Of a stretch of 54,571 nucleotides of DNA, positions 20,289 to 29,338 are shown one piece after another. Every line of letters starts with the position of its first letter. The stretch's first letter is position 1. The DNA comes from Eubacteriales bacterium (GTDB taxonomy: Bacteria > Bacillota > Clostridia > Oscillospirales > CAG-272). The stretch covers positions 1 to 54,571 of the forward strand of contig JAZKZW010000089.1 in assembly GCA_045612865.1 (NCBI GenBank). The letters run 5' to 3'. The notes beneath the pieces are model-generated. The model worked only from the letters and a program-made list of their open reading frames with translations, did not search any database and had not been told where the DNA came from. The translations under genes and the position numbers were made by a program.

Positions 20289-21311
20289 ATGGTAAATGTA
20301 GGTATTGTTGGCGTTGGTACATACCTTCCCAAAAATATAATGACCGCAAAGGAAATCTCTGAAGCCACCGGTGGCGTATGGAGCGAGGACGCGGTTAGAT
20401 CAAAGCTCGGTATTAATCAGAAATACGTTCCCTCAAACGATCCCTGTGACGGAACTCAGGAAATGGGCGCTCTTGCAGCTCTCAAGTGCCTTGAAAACAC
20501 AGGCGTAGATCCAATGGAAATCGACGTTATCCTTTGTATCACAGAGGAGTGGAAGGAATATCCTCTCACAACTTCTGCTTGCTACGTTCAGGATAGAATC
20601 GGCGCAAAGAACGCTTGGGGTATTGACGTTCAGAACCGTTGCTGCACAGCAGTTTCCGCAATGAAGCTTGCAAAGGATATTCTTATCGCAGACGACGAGG
20701 TTAACACAGTTCTCGTTTGTGGTGGTTACCGTAACTGCGATTTCATCGACTACACAGATAGCGGTGTATCCTTTATGTTCAACCTTGGCGCAGGCGGCGG
20801 CGCAATCCTTCTTAAGAAAAATTATGGCAAGAACCTCCTTCTCGGCACACATCTTATGTCCGATGGCTCCGTAGTTCATACCTGTGGCTCCAAGGTTGGT
20901 GGTATTCTCGAGCCTGTAACTCCTGAAAACTATAAAGAATTCGGTATGCTCCGTCTTATGGACTCTCCCAAGATGAAGGGCCTTCTTAACACAGTTTCAA
21001 TGCCTAACTGGTATCACTGTATTGATGAAGCTCTCCGTAAGTCCGGAAAGACTCGCGCAGATATTGACTTCCTTGACATTCTCCACATTAAGCGCTCCGG
21101 TCATATGGCTATGCTTGCAGACCTCGGTCTTACCGAAGACAAGTCTCTCTACCTTGAAGATTATGGCCACATCGGTCAGATCGACCAGATCCTTTCTCTT
21201 GAGCTCGCTCTTAAGGAAGGTAAGGTTAAGGACGGCAGCACCGTTTGCATGATCGCGGCAGGTATCGGTTATACATGGGCTGCAAATATTATTCAGTGGG
21301 GTGAAATGTAA
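20289..21311 (+). CDS. KAS-III/FabH-fold acyltransferase (PRK06840-like), non-canonical active site
   Basis: GVGTYLP, DVQNRCC, ILHIKRS, YGHIGQID (His where FabH has the GN Asn), AAGIGYTW; start 20289 after GAAAGGA. Confidence 0.85.
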   Translation: MVNVGIVGVGTYLPKNIMTAKEISEATGGVWSEDAVRSKLGINQKYVPSNDPCDGTQEMGALAALKCLENTGVDPMEIDVILCITEEWKEYPLTTSACYVQDRIGAKNAWGIDVQNRCCTAVSAMKLAKDILIADDEVNTVLVCGGYRNCDFIDYTDSGVSFMFNLGAGGGAILLKKNYGKNLLLGTHLMSDGSVVHTCGSKVGGILEPVTPENYKEFGMLRLMDSPKMKGLLNTVSMPNWYHCIDEALRKSGKTRADIDFLDILHIKRSGHMAMLADLGLTEDKSLYLEDYGHIGQIDQILSLELALKEGKVKDGSTVCMIAAGIGYTWAANIIQWGEM

Positions 21312-22222
21312 TGCAGTTAATCGCATATTTGCAGATATTGATTGGTGTTATACCTTCAATGTGTGTGGGCATTCTTGCTACCTTTGCGGTTACTTTAATA
21401 TTTAAGACAAGCTACACAACCAACTTTGCACAGGGTGTTATTTCCGCTCTTGGTGCTTATGTTGCTGTTGAATTTGCTCTCGAGAGAGGTTGGCCTCTTT
21501 GGGCTGGTGCTCTTGCAGGTGTAGTTGTTGCCTTTGTTATTGGCGTTGCTATCGACGTTCTTATTTTCCGTAATGGTAGATATGTAAATGCTATCGGTAA
21601 GCAGATTATCACAATGGGACTTATATCTATTTTCGTAGGTGTTATTCCTTTTGTTTTCAAGGTTGCTCATTACGAATCCGTTCCATCAATCCCCTTCATT
21701 CACCTTACAAAGGGTATTCAGATTGGTGAAATTTTCATACAGTATAACACCTTAGTAAACGTTGCCATCACAGCTGTAATGCTTGTTGCAGTATTTGTTA
21801 TGCTCCAGAAGTCTAAATGGGGACTTTCCGTAAGAGCTACTGCAAGTAACGAGATCGTTGCAGGTATGATGGGTATTAACACAAAGGTCATCACCGCTAT
21901 TTCCTGGGGTATCGCAGGTGCGTTTGGTGCTATTGCAGCTACCATGTACATCGGTAACGTTACTCTTTCCAGCGGTTACATTATGACCACAACTCAGATA
22001 AACGCTTTCCTTGCAGGTATCCTTGGTGGCTTTGCTACCTTCTATGGTCCTGTTTTCGGAGCAGTCATCATTTATTTGCTTAATGCGATCGTAGGTTGCA
22101 TCTGTATCCACGTTCCCGAGCTTTCAACCTGGAAGTCAGCTATAGTTTATCTTGTAGTTATGCTTCTTGTTCTTTGGAAGCCACAGGGCTTATTCGGAAA
22201 GAAAATGGTTAAGAAGGTGTAA
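21311..22222 (+). CDS. HAAT/Liv-type ABC permease (LivH-like)
   Basis: NFAQG, GLSVRATASN..AGMMGIN, ILGGF. Confidence 0.9.
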   Translation: MQLIAYLQILIGVIPSMCVGILATFAVTLIFKTSYTTNFAQGVISALGAYVAVEFALERGWPLWAGALAGVVVAFVIGVAIDVLIFRNGRYVNAIGKQIITMGLISIFVGVIPFVFKVAHYESVPSIPFIHLTKGIQIGEIFIQYNTLVNVAITAVMLVAVFVMLQKSKWGLSVRATASNEIVAGMMGINTKVITAISWGIAGAFGAIAATMYIGNVTLSSGYIMTTTQINAFLAGILGGFATFYGPVFGAVIIYLLNAIVGCICIHVPELSTWKSAIVYLVVMLLVLWKPQGLFGKKMVKKV

Positions 22223-22225
22223 TGT

Positions 22226-23338
22226 ATGATTAGTAAGACAAATAAAGATTTATCAAAGGCTCTCTTTAAGCAGGAGAGAGATCGTGCAGATGTTGAAAAG
22301 GCAATGAGCTTCCTCGAAAAGCTCCGCAAGCAGCCGGTGTATTCTTATGGTGTGTTTGCAGTTGTCCTTGTTCTCACTCAGATGTTGTCCAAAATGGGAC
22401 TTATAAGCTCCAGCTTCGTTACAGCTATAGGAACCACTCTTATTTATTGTATCGTTGCTCTCGGTTTCTGCCTTCTTCTCGGTTATTCCGCCCTTGCGTC
22501 TCTCGGTACTGCAGGATTTATCGGTATCGGTGCATACAGCGCGTACTACTGTCTTGTAGAATGGGATCTCAACATTGCTATGGCGTTTGTTATGGCTATC
22601 GTTGCTGCTCTTGTAGTAGGTGTTGTAGTAGGATATATTTCTCTCCGAATCGAAGGTATCTATCTTGCTATCGTAACTCTTGGTATTGCACAGATTCTTA
22701 AGGAAGCGCTTTCCGCTATCCAGGATACTATCAAGATCAAGGGATCACAGCTTACACTTTTCGGCATGGAAAGCATGAAGCTTAAAACAGACTCCGTGTT
22801 CTATATTCTTGTAGCAGTTATGTTCATTCTTATGGTTATAACTCATCACCTTATGGACAGCCCCACAGGTCGTGCAATGCTTGCAATGAAGAACTCTACT
22901 TCTGCGGCACAGGCCTTCGGCATCTCGCTTCTCAAGTATAGACTCCTGGCGTTTATTATCTCAATCGTTTATGCATCTATAGCCGGCGTTCTCTATATGA
23001 TGTACGTTCGCTATGTATCAAATTCCTCAAGTACACTCTTCACTTTGTCAACTTCGCTTAACATTTTAGGTGCAGTTATCATTGGTGGTACAAAATCTAT
23101 TTGGGGAACTATCGGTGGAACATTTATTATCTACGGTATCGATCAGCTCTTCTTACAGGATATTGAATTCTTCCGTGAGAACCCAACGCTCATCACCCTC
23201 TTCTGTGGTATTCTCGTAGTTATAGTAGTAATGTTCTATCCCGGTGGCTTGGCACAGCTTGTTCTTGAAATCAAGGCAAAGATATCCAAAATCCGTAAAA
23301 AGAGAAGGGAGGCACGATATGGCAAGGATCTTGGCTAA
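22226..23338 (+). CDS. HAAT/Liv-type ABC permease (LivM-like)
   Basis: LRIEGIYLAIVTL, SPTGRAMLAMK, IIGG, PGGL. Confidence 0.9.
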   Translation: MISKTNKDLSKALFKQERDRADVEKAMSFLEKLRKQPVYSYGVFAVVLVLTQMLSKMGLISSSFVTAIGTTLIYCIVALGFCLLLGYSALASLGTAGFIGIGAYSAYYCLVEWDLNIAMAFVMAIVAALVVGVVVGYISLRIEGIYLAIVTLGIAQILKEALSAIQDTIKIKGSQLTLFGMESMKLKTDSVFYILVAVMFILMVITHHLMDSPTGRAMLAMKNSTSAAQAFGISLLKYRLLAFIISIVYASIAGVLYMMYVRYVSNSSSTLFTLSTSLNILGAVIIGGTKSIWGTIGGTFIIYGIDQLFLQDIEFFRENPTLITLFCGILVVIVVMFYPGGLAQLVLEIKAKISKIRKKRREARYGKDLG

Positions 23339-24740
23339 AATAATTCCTTCCGCAGCGGAGCGTGTAACAAAGCTTCGCCAGTCCCGTGAGTGGGCAGAGG
23401 TCGAGCTCGATTCTCTTGAGGAAAGATATGAAGAAGTAAAAAGCAAAAAGCTTGAAAAAAAGCTTCGCAAGTTAGTAAAGAGAGCTTCTGTTGCTGAATT
23501 CTTTGCTTGCGACAAGGCTGAATACCTCGATAAGGTAAACGAGAAAAAGCTTCGTGAATTCGATATTAAGAATTACCTCTCTTACAGAGCGGCTAACCAC
23601 GGAGTTGCAAAGAAAATATTTGACGGCATCAAGAAAAAGAGAAGCTGGAAGGGCGACCTTAAATCCCTCCGCGGAAAAATCAGTGCCGTAAAGAATAAAA
23701 GACAAAGATATATTGCAGTGCTTAAGGGTTGCAAGAATATCGGTCTTAAGATACTTCCAAAAGGTAATAAGGAAAGATACGATCGAATCAACAGCACAAT
23801 GGAAGGCAGATATACCTCTTATAAGAGTGCCCTTGATGCAAGATACGCTAAGGTTTTGGATAAACATGAGGCAAAGCTTGAGCGTAAGATCAAAGCTGTT
23901 GATAGAAAAATCGGCAGACTTTCCGGTGGTATCGGCAGTCGCAAAAATGCACTTCCAAAGGATGTTGCACTCTCCGTTAGAGGACTTAAGATGTACTTCG
24001 GTGGACTTAAAGCCGTTGATGATCTTAGCTTTGACGTAAAGAGAGGCGAGATCTTTGGTCTTATCGGTCCTAACGGTGCGGGAAAAACTACAGTATTCAA
24101 CTGTATCACACAGTTCTATAAGCCTACAGCAGGAGAGCTTCTCTTTGCAGGTAAGGATGGTGAAGTAATTACCCTCACCGATTACAAGGTTCACGACATT
24201 ATCCTCAAGGGTATTGCAAGAACCTTCCAGAATATCGAGGTAGTTAAAGAGGTAACAGTTCTTGAGAACCTTCTTATCGCTGCTACCCGAAAATACACCA
24301 GCAATCTCTTCACACAGATGCTCCATCTTCCAAAACTCAAGAGAGAAGAGAAGATTATCAGAGCAAGAGCAGACAAGGTTCTCAAATATATGGATCTTGG
24401 CTCCTACCGTGATAGACTTGCGTGGGGTCTGCCCTATGGTGTTCTTAAGCGCATAGAGATTGCAAGAGCTCTTATGTGCAATCCTCAAATGATTATTCTT
24501 GACGAGCCTGCCGCAGGTCTTAACGAATCTGAAACAAAGGATCTTGCTGATCTTATCAACAGAATTCGTCGTGATTTCGGCTGTACTATCCTTCTCGTTG
24601 AGCACGATATGAGCCTTGTTATGAATATATGTGACCATATTTGCGCTATATCCTTCGGTAAGAAGCTTGCGTATGGTACTGCAGCACAGGTTCAGGCCAG
24701 CAAGGAAGTACAAGAGGCCTACTTAGGCACGGGAGGTTAA
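23319..24740 (+). CDS. LivG-like ABC ATPase with ~215-aa basic N-terminal extension
   Basis: GPNGAGKTT, ARTFQN, LPYG, LDEPAAG, VEHDM, EAYLG; start 23319 after GGGAGG. Confidence 0.9.
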   Translation: MARILAKIIPSAAERVTKLRQSREWAEVELDSLEERYEEVKSKKLEKKLRKLVKRASVAEFFACDKAEYLDKVNEKKLREFDIKNYLSYRAANHGVAKKIFDGIKKKRSWKGDLKSLRGKISAVKNKRQRYIAVLKGCKNIGLKILPKGNKERYDRINSTMEGRYTSYKSALDARYAKVLDKHEAKLERKIKAVDRKIGRLSGGIGSRKNALPKDVALSVRGLKMYFGGLKAVDDLSFDVKRGEIFGLIGPNGAGKTTVFNCITQFYKPTAGELLFAGKDGEVITLTDYKVHDIILKGIARTFQNIEVVKEVTVLENLLIAATRKYTSNLFTQMLHLPKLKREEKIIRARADKVLKYMDLGSYRDRLAWGLPYGVLKRIEIARALMCNPQMIILDEPAAGLNESETKDLADLINRIRRDFGCTILLVEHDMSLVMNICDHICAISFGKKLAYGTAAQVQASKEVQEAYLGTGG

Positions 24741-24741
24741 T

Positions 24742-25458
24742 ATGGCATTACTTGAAATTAAGAACTTAAAGGTTTCTTACGGCTTTATTGCCGCCCTCAA
24801 AGGAATAAACATCAATGTTGAGAAGGGAAAGATCGTTGCGCTTCTTGGTTCTAACGGAGCAGGTAAGACAACAACACTTCGTGCTATCTCCGGTGCAATC
24901 AAGCCCGAGGGCGGAAGCATCATTCTCGACAAAAAGGACATATCCGGTCAGCCCACATACAAGGTTGCTAAAGCCGGCATTACCCAGTCTCCCGAAGGCC
25001 GTCTTCTTTTCCAGGAGCTCACCGTTGAGGAAAACCTCAGAGTTGGTGGATACCAGATCAAGGATAAGAACGAGCTTGAGCGCAACTTCCAGAGAGTTTA
25101 CAAGCTTTTCCCTGTACTCAAGGAAAGACGTAATCAGATAGCAAACACACTTTCGGGTGGAGAGCAGCAGATGGTTGCCATTGGCCGTGCTCTTATGTCT
25201 AATCCAAAGGTTCTTCTTCTTGACGAGCCTTCACTCGGTCTTGCGCCCCTCGTTATAGAGGAAATTTTCAAGGCCTTTGTAAAAATTCGTGAGGAAGGAA
25301 CTACAATTCTGATCGTTGAGCAGAACGCTCTCCAGACTCTCAAGATTGCAGACTATGCATACGTGCTTGAGCTTGGAAAGATCAGCTTGGAAGGTCCTGC
25401 AAAAGAGCTTATGACTAACAAGAAGCTCATCGACGCTTACCTCGGCGGCGGAAAATAA
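24742..25458 (+). CDS. LivF-like ABC ATPase
   Basis: GSNGAGKTT, LSGGEQQM, LDEPSLGLAP, VEQN, AYLG. Confidence 0.93.
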   Translation: MALLEIKNLKVSYGFIAALKGININVEKGKIVALLGSNGAGKTTTLRAISGAIKPEGGSIILDKKDISGQPTYKVAKAGITQSPEGRLLFQELTVEENLRVGGYQIKDKNELERNFQRVYKLFPVLKERRNQIANTLSGGEQQMVAIGRALMSNPKVLLLDEPSLGLAPLVIEEIFKAFVKIREEGTTILIVEQNALQTLKIADYAYVLELGKISLEGPAKELMTNKKLIDAYLGGGK

Positions 25459-25523
25459 TAATTTACGGTGATTAAAGCGCTAGCTTTAACATAAAAAACA
25501 AAACAAAAAAAGGAGAAAAAAAC

Positions 25524-26948
25524 ATGAAAAAGACACTCAAACTCATCGCTGCGCTTGCACTTGTAGCAAGCATGGTACTCTGTATGGCAAGCTGTGACGC
25601 ATTGACCAACTTTATCAATGGTCTTACAGGCAAAGCTCCCGAAGTAGCTGCACAGGGCGTAGACACAGAAAACCACGTTATCCATGTTGGTAACACAGCA
25701 GCAACATCCGGTGCTTTCGCATCAGTTGGCGTTCCCTTCAACTACGGTCAGGAAGCATACTTCTGGTACTTCACTAACCACACCGATGGTTACAAGGATG
25801 CAGACGGCAACAAGTACACAATCGAAATGCATCACTATGATGACGGCTTTGATGGCGTAAAGGGTAAGACCTATACTCAGAAGCTCGTTGAAGAAGACAA
25901 GGTATTCGCACTTGTTGGTCACTTCGGTTCTAACACTGTAGGTGCAACTGTTGACTACATCGAAGAGCAGGAAATTCCTATGGTTTACGGTGTATGTGGC
26001 GTTTCTGATCTCTACGAAACAGAGAGAAACATTATGACAGTTCAGCCTATCTATGATACTGAAGGTCAGTCCATGGTTGCTACCGCTTTCGCATCTGTTG
26101 AAGCAGGCGGTCTCGGCGCAAAGAAGCTCGGCGTTATCTCTACAACTGATGAAGCTGGTAGAGGTATGCTCAACGGTATCAAGATCGAAGTTAAAAAGCT
26201 CGGCAAGGGCGGTGCTACCGTTTACCAGGAAGTAGCTGCTGACGCTACAGATTATGTTGCAGCTGTTACAGCTCTTAAGTCTGCTGGTTGTGATGTAGTT
26301 ATCATCGCTGCTAACCAGGCTCCCTTCGTTAACATTGCTAACTCTTTCGTAGCTGCACAGTATGACAACGTTAAGCTCCTCACTTCCTATGTTTCTGCTA
26401 ACGCAGCTACAATGGGAGGTCTCGTTCTTACAGGTGCTATCAGCGCAACTCGTGAAGTATATGCAGGTGCATGGCTTGTTACAGGTTCTGTTCCCGCTCC
26501 TGAATTCAAGGGCTGGAATGACTTCGTTGAGTACGTTAAGATCATGACTATGTATGACAAGGCTCACGACGTTCCTCTTCTTCCTATGACTGATCCTACA
26601 TACGGCGCATTCATCGCTTACTGGTTCGGTACAGAGGCTTGGGCAGCTGAAGGCGTAAGCGCATACTTCCTCAACTCCTATGCAATGGCTGGTTTCGTTT
26701 CCGGTAACGTATTCTGCCAGGGTCTCTCCAGAATGAGCGGCAAGACTCTTACTTGGGAAGGCTACATCGCAGCTATGGAATCCGCTCCCGTTAACGTTCC
26801 TATGGGTCAGTCCGTAAGCTACGCTGACGGTCAGAGAGTTGGTATCGACTCCCTCGCAGTTAACAAGTACACTCTCGCTAACCTTGGCGCTGGTGAACTC
26901 TATCGTGGTATCACAGATCTCAAGACACTTGAGGACGCTTGCAAGTAA
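25524..26948 (+). CDS. HAAT-family substrate-binding lipoprotein
   Basis: Lipobox MASC; IHVGNTAATSG, YDDG, LVEEDKVFALVG type-I PBP motifs. Confidence 0.88.
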   Translation: MKKTLKLIAALALVASMVLCMASCDALTNFINGLTGKAPEVAAQGVDTENHVIHVGNTAATSGAFASVGVPFNYGQEAYFWYFTNHTDGYKDADGNKYTIEMHHYDDGFDGVKGKTYTQKLVEEDKVFALVGHFGSNTVGATVDYIEEQEIPMVYGVCGVSDLYETERNIMTVQPIYDTEGQSMVATAFASVEAGGLGAKKLGVISTTDEAGRGMLNGIKIEVKKLGKGGATVYQEVAADATDYVAAVTALKSAGCDVVIIAANQAPFVNIANSFVAAQYDNVKLLTSYVSANAATMGGLVLTGAISATREVYAGAWLVTGSVPAPEFKGWNDFVEYVKIMTMYDKAHDVPLLPMTDPTYGAFIAYWFGTEAWAAEGVSAYFLNSYAMAGFVSGNVFCQGLSRMSGKTLTWEGYIAAMESAPVNVPMGQSVSYADGQRVGIDSLAVNKYTLANLGAGELYRGITDLKTLEDACK

Positions 26949-27016
26949 TTAACACTTGAAAAACAAAAACGACCTAAAACAGGTCATAAATGTAAATTAA
27001 ATTTTACAAAACTTTA

Positions 27017-27044
27017 GCGATGAAGGGCATAGTCCCTTCATCGC
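27017..27044 (+). other. Perfect 11-bp hairpin without U-tract after the SBP gene (likely mRNA-stabilising)
   Basis: GCGATGAAGGG-catagt-CCCTTCATCGC. Confidence 0.7.
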
Positions 27045-27180
27045 CCTCTAATAAAAAGACGACTAGTATATCAAAAAAATAAAACAAAAAAACACAATCT
27101 ATAACTTTGAATATAATTCGCAAAATGCGATTCTTATAAATTTTACTAACAGAAAACACTATTAAAAAGGAGATATACAA

Positions 27181-28488
27181 ATGGCAAAGTATGTATCAAT
27201 CAATGAAGCGCTCGCACTTGTAAAGGACAACGATTATATCGTTACAGGTCTTGGCTCTGCAGAGGGCAGAGAATTTATGACAAACCTTCACACGATTGCA
27301 GACAGAGTAAAAGGAGTTATGGTTTCCAACTGTCTTCCCATGGGAGCATACGAATTCATAGTAAATCCCGAATATAAAAATAGCTTTACAACAGAGGGCT
27401 GGTTCTATACCCCCGTTCTTCGTAAGGCGCATAAAAATGGTAATGTATCCTTCATTCCTAACCACCTTCACCTCGCATCAAAGAAGAGACTCTTCTACCG
27501 TGAGCCCGACATTTACGTTGGTATCGCTTCTATGCCCGATAAGCACGGCTATGTTTCTCTCTCTATTTCCAATACATACGAGATGGCTATGATCAAGAAG
27601 GCGAAGATCGTTATTCTTGAATGTAACCCCAACGCGCCCAGAACCTTTGGTGACGTTCAGATCCACCTTGACGATGTTCACTACGTTGTTAATGTTGATT
27701 ATCCTATTCCCGAGATTGCAGACGTTGAGCCTAACGAAAAGGATCTTATCATCGGTAAGCTTATCGCAGAGATGGTTAATGACGGTGACTGCATCCAGCT
27801 CGGTATCGGCGGTATTCCCAACGCGGTTGCTGCAAGCCTTTATGGCAAGAAGGATCTTGGCGTTCATACAGAAATGCTTACCAGCGGAATGGTTAAGCTT
27901 GCAAAGGCAGGCGTTATCAACGGTAAGTGCAAGCAGATAAACCAGGGTAAGATGGTTGCCGCTTTCGCTATGGGTACAAAGGAGCTTTACGACTTCATCG
28001 ATGATAACCCCTCTGTTGAAATTCTTGACGGTGCTTGGGTAAACGATCCATATACCATCATGCAGAATGATAACCAGGTTTCTATTAACACAACTCTTGA
28101 GGTTGATATTACAGGTCAGTGCTGCTCCGAGTCTATCGGTTCTGTTCAGTTCTCCGGTACAGGCGGACAGTCTGATACAGCAGTTGGTGCGCAGAAGTCC
28201 AGAAACGGTCGCTCCATCATTGCTCTTTACTCCACCGCTATGGTTAAGGATCCCGTAACAGGCGAGAGAGTTGAGACCTCAAAGATCGTTTGCCAGCTTA
28301 AGGCAGGTGCTGCAGTTTCCCTCTCCAGAAACGATGTTGACTATCTTGTTACCGAGTACGGCTGCGTATCCCTTCGTGGTACATCTATCGCAGAGCGTGC
28401 AGAGAGAATTATCTCGGTAGCTCACCCCGCATTCAGAGAGCAGATCAGAAAAGAAGCTCTTGCACTTGGCATCATTGCTGACAGATAA
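27181..28488 (+). CDS. Family-I acyl-CoA:acetate CoA-transferase (Cat2/AbfT/But-like)
   Basis: QLGIGGIP, HTEM (catalytic Glu), SGTGGQ, VTEYG, SVAHP. Confidence 0.9.
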   Translation: MAKYVSINEALALVKDNDYIVTGLGSAEGREFMTNLHTIADRVKGVMVSNCLPMGAYEFIVNPEYKNSFTTEGWFYTPVLRKAHKNGNVSFIPNHLHLASKKRLFYREPDIYVGIASMPDKHGYVSLSISNTYEMAMIKKAKIVILECNPNAPRTFGDVQIHLDDVHYVVNVDYPIPEIADVEPNEKDLIIGKLIAEMVNDGDCIQLGIGGIPNAVAASLYGKKDLGVHTEMLTSGMVKLAKAGVINGKCKQINQGKMVAAFAMGTKELYDFIDDNPSVEILDGAWVNDPYTIMQNDNQVSINTTLEVDITGQCCSESIGSVQFSGTGGQSDTAVGAQKSRNGRSIIALYSTAMVKDPVTGERVETSKIVCQLKAGAAVSLSRNDVDYLVTEYGCVSLRGTSIAERAERIISVAHPAFREQIRKEALALGIIADR

Positions 28489-28502
28489 ATAGGTGAAAAT
28501 GT

Positions 28503-29324
28503 ATGGCAAAGTTTACATTTGATGGCTATGAAGTCTATTACGAGGTACACGGCGACCACGGCGAGCCACTTCTTATCCTTAACGGAATTATGATGTCCAC
28601 CGCCAGCTGGAAGCCTTTCCTTGGCGAATTTTCAAAAAATAATATTACCGTTTTAGTTGACTTTCTCGACCAGGGACAGAGCTCTCGCATAGCCCCCGGA
28701 TATAATCACGAGCTCCAGGTCAGAGTTCTTGAGGAGCTTTTCAAGGTTCTTCCCTATGAGAAGATGAGCATTATGGGCATATCCTATGGTGGCGAGGTTG
28801 CAATTCAATTTGCGGTAAAAAATCCCGATAAGGTAAGAAGACTTATCCTTGCCAACACCTGTGCGCGTACGTCCGATTGGCTCCGCAAGATTGGTGACGG
28901 CTGGAACGCAGTTGCAAAAACCGGTAGCGGCGAGGCGTATTACCTTACAACAATTCCCGTAATTTATTCCACAGCATTTTACGAGAGGGAAGCGGCTTGG
29001 ATGGAAAGACGCGAGGGAGTTCTTATTCCTTACTTCTCCCGTCCTGATGTTCAGGAGAGCCTTATTCGCTTGACTGATAGCTCTCGTGACTATGATTACA
29101 CAGACAGAGTTCACGAAATCAGCTGCCCCACACTCGTTATCTCCTGCTCCGAGGACTGCCTTGTGCCACCAACCGAGCAGATAATTCTTCACCAAAAAAT
29201 TAAAGGTAGCGCCTATGTTACCATCAACGGCTCCGGTCACGCAAGTATGTATGAGGATCCCGCGTCCTTTGCAGCCTTGGTTCTGGGCTTCACAAATCTT
29301 TCCGACGACGGAATTAAAATCTGA
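28503..29324 (+). CDS. Alpha/beta-hydrolase (esterase / enol-lactonase-like)
   Basis: LNG oxyanion loop, GISYGG nucleophile, SED acid, GHA His. Confidence 0.85.
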   Translation: MAKFTFDGYEVYYEVHGDHGEPLLILNGIMMSTASWKPFLGEFSKNNITVLVDFLDQGQSSRIAPGYNHELQVRVLEELFKVLPYEKMSIMGISYGGEVAIQFAVKNPDKVRRLILANTCARTSDWLRKIGDGWNAVAKTGSGEAYYLTTIPVIYSTAFYEREAAWMERREGVLIPYFSRPDVQESLIRLTDSSRDYDYTDRVHEISCPTLVISCSEDCLVPPTEQIILHQKIKGSAYVTINGSGHASMYEDPASFAALVLGFTNLSDDGIKI

Positions 29325-29338
29325 TTTGGAGAAAAAAT

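Noticed and set aside
18284-21311. Fatty-acid synthesis or PHB synthesis cluster (fabG/fabH or phaAB)
   Set aside because: No acp, fabD, fabF, fabZ, acc or phaC in the window; the KAS-III lacks the decarboxylation Asn; an importer and hydrolases point to catabolism.
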